Assembly (NCBI GenBank): GCA_950097015.1
Contig: CATNEN010000035.1
Span: 620,001-684,000 of the forward strand
DNA from: Macrostomum hystrix
Taxonomy: Eukaryota; Animalia; Platyhelminthes
Direction of reading: 5' to 3'
DNA length: 64,000 bases
Below, one piece after another: positions 58,797-64,000 of the stretch (its first letter is position 1; each line of letters begins with the position of its first letter). The position numbers and the translations under genes are program-made. Under the pieces are notes generated by a model. It was given only the letters and a program-made list of their open reading frames with translations, was not told the DNA's origin and searched no databases.

Positions 58797-61700
58797 TTGC
58801 TGCTGCTGCTGCTTTTGCCGCTGCTGCTGTTGCTGATGCAACAGCATCGCAGGATTTTGCTGACCCGGCTGCGGCTGCTGACCAGCGGCGGGCATTCGCA
58901 GCTGCGACTGCGGATGCTGCGAATGCGGCAACGGAGGCGGCGGCGGAGGAAGCAGCTGGGCTGGCTCCTTGGCGGCTGGAGGCGGCATTGAAGGCGGCGG
59001 CATGCGCTGCTCGTTAGCCACTCGCTGGCGTCTGTTGGCTAGCACATGGTAGAGCTGGCTGGCCTCGGAGCTAGTTCGAGTGCGCTCCGCGTCGCTCATC
59101 GCCCTATTGCGGAAGGTGTAGGCTTCCACCTCTTCGCGATATTTGCGCTCCGCTTCGGCTACGTAAAAATCTGACATCGACTGAGGCGGAGGTGGCGGTG
59201 GGGGAGGAGGTGGCGGCGGCGGTGGAAGCTGCGAAGCGGACTCGTACATCATTGTCTGGTGTGACTGCTGCTGCTGATGCTGATGATGCTGAGAAGCTGA
59301 AATGCCTGGCGGTGCTACACCCGGACCGCCTAATCGTTGAGCTGCTAGAAAGTTTTCTTGAATGATTGCGCGGGTATTGGCCGCTTGGTCAGTGCTGCCG
59401 CCTCCTGAGGTCGGGTAAGCATGCTGAGGCTGTTGCTGTGCAGCAACAGCAGCGGTCTTGATTAACGGAGGCGGTGGAACCTGGGCCAGCTGTTTCTGAC
59501 GGTGCCGCATTAGGTCAAACGCTGTAGTTTGCTGCTGCTGAGCAACCGGCGATGAATAGTCAGCGAATCTACCGGGTGGCATCTTTGGCGAAGACGACGA
59601 AGCGCTTGGCGACTGATGCGACTGCGGATGATACGGCCTCGACACAATCAAGCTAGACTGCTGCTGCTGTTGCTGCTGGGGCGGCGGCGGTGGCAGTGTA
59701 GGAGCTGAGCTGAGATTTTTTTCAATCGCAATATTGATCAGATCCTTAATGGATTTTTGCGGAGACTCGTCAGTGAATGTAACTGCGACTGCTGCTGATG
59801 CCACCGTTGCTGGCTTCGGGGAGACGGCTGACAGGCTACCAGCGGGCGAAGATGCTGCGGCTGTGCCAGCGGCAGGCAGGTTAAGATTTGACGCCGTCGT
59901 CATTGGACTAGCGGACTGGTGGTTAACGCTAGCCGGGCGCAGTGGGGATATCTGCGGCTGCGTCAGCTGCTGCTGCTGCTGCTGTCTCGAAGGTGATTCC
60001 AGACCAGGCTGAGCCAGAGGAGCCGGGCCTGTCTCAGCGGAGTCAGAGGAGAAGCCCGCAACGGCAGCCGGGGCAACGGCAGCGGCTGGAGCTGCTGGAG
60101 CGGCGGCTGCAGCTGCAGCATTGCCAGCTGCCCTGTTGGCTTCGATGACCTTGCGGCGGCGAATGTTGTGCTTTTTGTAGAGCTGCTTGTAGGCCTCCTT
60201 CTTCTTAGTCAGATAGTAGAATTGCACACAGTCAGACACAGATTTATTTTCCAGGCAGGCGGCGATAGCGCCAAAATTCTTTCCGTAGATTAGGAATTTC
60301 TCTTTAAAAGTGGCCCTCTCGTGCGGCAGCCAACGGAATGACAGGTCCTGACCGGCGTTCCACAACTGGACTGGATCGGCGCGCACTAATCCGTTGCTAT
60401 TAGCAATCAGGCGACGCCGCTCCCAGGGTGGCAGCAGCATGGGAGGCAGCACAGCCAAGCTCTTCATGCGCTCCTCCTCCTCCCTGGCATTGTTGATGGT
60501 GTCAACCATTTCGTTGACTTCGGCCTCGCTTCTGGCAGCCGGCTGAGCGTAGAAGCGCTCCATTCGCTCCTTCTCTTCCCGACTCTTTCTCACTTCGGGG
60601 AAATATTTTTCAAAATAGTCGCGCGATTTAGCGTCGCGCTGTTTACGCTTGGCGCTATTGGCCAGCCTCTCCAACCGGCGAGTCCACTGCCGCTGCAGCT
60701 GGTCGTAGCTCTCGCGCAGGTGCCTCTCGCGATGAGCATTAGCCAGTACCAGACGGCGCAGGTGGCGCATGAGGCGCGGCTTGAACTCGGCATGGCGGGC
60801 CTCCTGTTCGCGAATTGCCCGCACATCTGACGGCTGATTATAGAGCGGCAGCACTCGGGCGAAGCTGTCCGGCCTGGCAAGTAGGAGGCCCCGGCCGGCG
60901 GTCTCGGCGATCTGTCGATGACTGTCGCGAGCCTTTTGCCGATTGTCGGCCAGGACAGCGGCGAACGGATTCACCAGGCGCTGGGCCAGCTCCTCCTCTT
61001 CCCGGCGTCGGCCCTCCTCTGTCTCACCCTGGCGGGCCTTGGACTGCAGCTTAGACAGCTCCGAGTTTTTTGCAACTAGCTGATCAACTGTCATCTTGAT
61101 CTCTGTCTCAATGTTCATCAGCTTCTGGCCGACGTCATTTTTCTCCTTCTGCAGCTTCTGTTCGTTGCGGGCGTCCTCTGGAGCCGGACTGATGGCCTCC
61201 ACCTGACAAGGGAAGGATAATAGGAATCATCCCACAAGGCCAAAGGGTCAATGAGACGTGCTCATAATATAAGCGCAGATTGATCGAATTTGTCTGCGGT
61301 CTAATAATAATAACAATAGTTGCAGGAGGGCTGTGGGTAATGGCAAATCATTTTTGACACTAGACCCACAGCCAGCGAGGAGGCAATTCTGCCCATTTCG
61401 CTGACTCCAGAGCACTGATTGAGTTAGTCAGTTTAGACTCACCTGCGGATGATAGAGCTCGCCTTTCTGCCGGCCGGCACCAGGGCACCAGGGATCGTGT
61501 CGCTGCTGGATGAGCTGAATGCGCGGCTTATCTGACTGGCGTCTGTCCATGGTGTAGCGATAGGGATCCGGGACTCGATCCTTCTTAGGCGTGTCAGGCG
61601 TTATCAGGCTAGTCGCGTAGCCGGGACTTGGGCCAGATATTGACGAGGAGGCGACCGCGGTTGACGCTGCGGCGTGATGGTGATGATGCTGCTGCTGCTG

Positions 61701-62054
61701 CTGATGCACACTTGGATTATGAATTTGAGCAGTCTTGACTTGCAGTGTCGAAGGCCTGGCACCCGTTGGAATAGCAGTTGATAAGCCGTGCATAGCTGCT
61801 GTGGCTGCGGCCGTAGTCACTATGGGTGACGTCACACCGGGCGGCATAACGGGAGGTACACCAGCACCACCAGTCGCTGTATGGCCAGGCAGGAAGGCAG
61901 CTGATTCCGCGTGATGCAAACCAGTTTTGCTATTATCAGCACCCATTGCTAGTAAAAGTGATGACACAAACCTATTGCTGTTTACCAGCTGCTGCTGCTG
62001 TTGCTTGCTGCCGCTGCGTGATTGGCTGTTAGATTTTGCTTGGTGTGCGACAGG
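57870..62054 (-). CDS. NCOR: Nuclear receptor corepressor NCoR/SMRT-like. Exons 61443-62054 and 57870-61202; the start may be the internal MGADN or lie upstream.
   Basis: YHPQ|VEAISP junction, RDAKSRDYFEKYFPEVRKSREEKER, ARSEAE, LAVLPPML, SANT W...ERATFKEKFLIYGKNFGAIA...KSVSDCVQFYYLTKK, CoRNR-like TAATLIDVIIQNQI and TFGDHIDKIISDDF. Confidence 0.9.
61301..61415 (-). mobile_element. 5'-truncated copy of the SINE at 15741-16106, inside the NCoR intron
   Basis: About 110 bp closely matching 15742-15852, including the (ATT)n tail. Confidence 0.8.
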
Positions 62055-63412
62055 CTGTAAAATGACATTAAGCATTGATTGTATCTTATTTTTCAAATAT
62101 AAACCTAAACAATAAAGCATATTAGAATGTATTTTTTGCGAATTTCTCAACAAAATTAAAACCATCTACAGTGTGTCCTATATATTTTATATGTTGATGG
62201 ATACATTTATTAAGTAGACTAAAATTTTGAACTTTAACTTTGAAGGCTATATTTCAATATTAAGTTATCCAGTAAGTACCACAAAAATGGACATTAAACA
62301 AGACTCATATTTTTTCTTTTTATAATAAACTAGGAAAATATAAATGTTTTTGTAAATAACACTGAACCAATTCAAACAGGGGTTGGTCATCTCCAGACCA
62401 AAAGCTGGCCTTTTGGCCCACAAAAACTCTCTATAGGCCTACAGCCATTTAAGCTTGTTTATATTTTATTATTATTTTAACTACTCTATTATTATACTGA
62501 ATATATATTTTTTTGGCACAAAAACTTTCCAACATAAAATAGGTAATTTATTTCATCACTTGTGGATTTTCAGGACAAATGAGCAATGACACTTGAAATG
62601 AATCAAAGTGGCTATTTACAAAGGCTAGACAGCACATCAGATACAACTTTAAATATAGGAGCTGACAAAGGAAATTAGGGTGGTACAGCTGACAAACAAC
62701 ATTAGATGGAATTAGCCTTTATAGTTTTAGAACCACTGGAGCCTATAGGGAAGAAAAATGATTTAAATGAGCTTTATATTGATAGCACCAAAAGTTGAGA
62801 AAACTTCACCTTTCAAAACCCTTTTTTTCAAGCATCCAAGCATCATGATACGCTTTTTATCATAAATTATTTACTAAATATGTCATTAAAAGCTTAAGAT
62901 ATGGAACTTTACTAGTCAATTGTGTACTAAATAATTAGTATTTATAGCTAAATTACAATTGTTAGCAAAATTGTTTTATCAGCAAATAATTGTCACTGAA
63001 ATGGTTGTTGCCAAAGTGGACTGGATTCATTGAGATGATGCCATAATCTTTAAACATCTCACTTAGAATTTTGAATAATTGGCTTGGAAATAGAATTAAC
63101 TCAAGTGTCGACACTCCTAAGCTAGTATATGACTAGAAGCAATAGCTGTCTGTCTGTCTCCATCTCTAATATATTGTTGAGTGCTCGTTTTTTGGGCATT
63201 AGTGCACTTTCAGTTGCGAAATTATTTTTCAGTTTAAATTTGTATGTTCGAAACTAGAATATACGCTTAAAATTATATGAATAAACCAGAATATATGCTA
63301 ATATATGCTTTAGTCTTAGTCTATGGTCGAAATCCTTAAGAGTGCGTGTGGGATGCTCTATTATTATTTTTTCATTAAATCTGTGCCATGCCTTTTTTGT
63401 GCCACGCTTGAA

Positions 63413-63591
63413 TGCAACACGATTGAGGGAACGTGGGCACATTGCAAGGCCAAATTCAGGGCCATGCATGGAACAAGTGATGCCCTCTTCAAGAGCCACA
63501 TCTAGGAGTTTATGTGGCACCGACTGTTCGGAGCAAACAGGGCTTTCGGAAACATGCTTTTCTGGATTAGCCACTACTACAATGCCCAGTG
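63413..63591 (+). pseudogene. Merlin (IS1595/ISXO2-like) transposase C-terminal remnant
   Basis: NTIEGTWAHCKAKFRAMHGTSDALFKSHI*EFMWHRLFGANRAFGNMLFWISHYY. The E..W and EFMW motifs are present with an in-frame TAG. Confidence 0.75.
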
Positions 63592-64000
63592 ACAAGCTCT
63601 ATGTCCACCACTAGAACACAATGATGAGTTGGCAATTTCAGCAACCAAAGAGCTAAAAGAGACACTATGGCTATGCTCTGGCACAATTGTTAGAATTGTT
63701 CAAAGCATCAATTTTTGTCATTGTTATTGTTTTCTGGTTTCAAAGTTTTAAATTTAAATGAAAAATAATTTTGCAAACGAAAGTGCACTATTGCTATTTT
63801 TTGTAGGCTTCCACCAAAAAGTTGTGTCCTAGTTGGTTAGTAAGTTTCTATAATTTATAAAAGTGAAACATAGCCTAGCCAAAAAAAATTGGCTTTATTC
63901 TCAAGTAGGCCACCTGAAAATAAATCCTGTTCTATTTGCAAAATTCAATCAAACTGTTTGCAGTGAGCTCTTTTTACCAAATGCAAGTGTTATAAAATAA

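Noticed and set aside
62990-63650. Complete Merlin element with TIRs
   Set aside because: Only the transposase C-terminus is recognisable and no matching left TIR or TSD was found.

Overview
Intron-rich animal DNA, probably invertebrate; the minisatellite density and Q/A-rich exons resemble flatworm genomes, which is an inference. There is no prokaryotic content, CRISPR array, rRNA gene or intact tRNA gene. Five host genes can be rebuilt by hand from splice sites and reading-frame phase: (1) an unknown poly-Q gene (1-1065, -); (2) a complete neuregulin-type EGFR/ErbB ligand gene (7715-18884, -) with signal peptide, NRG2/GGF2-like N-terminal domain, Ig, EGF, TM and tail; (3) a CDP-alcohol phosphatidyltransferase gene (23440-37878, +); (4) an SLC38A10-like transporter (47865-54688, -); (5) an NCoR/SMRT-like corepressor (57870-62054, -). 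Mobile DNA includes a young Mag-type Ty3/gypsy element with an in-frame RT/RNase H deletion, a tRNA-derived SINE, a head-to-tail train of non-autonomous Helitrons carrying about 8.5 kb of satellite inside one intron, an EnSpm-like MITE and a Merlin transposase remnant. There are also at least 15 distinct tandem-repeat families. The most interesting signals are a candidate combinatorial splicing cassette in the neuregulin gene (two alternative EGF C-halves, two alternative TM exons and a 39-unit in-frame array of splice acceptors), the Helitron train, a minisatellite-bounded tandem duplication of the SLC38A10 3' exons, and inverted repeats tightly flanking SLC38A10 exons 3-6. All gene models are manual and unconfirmed by transcripts.
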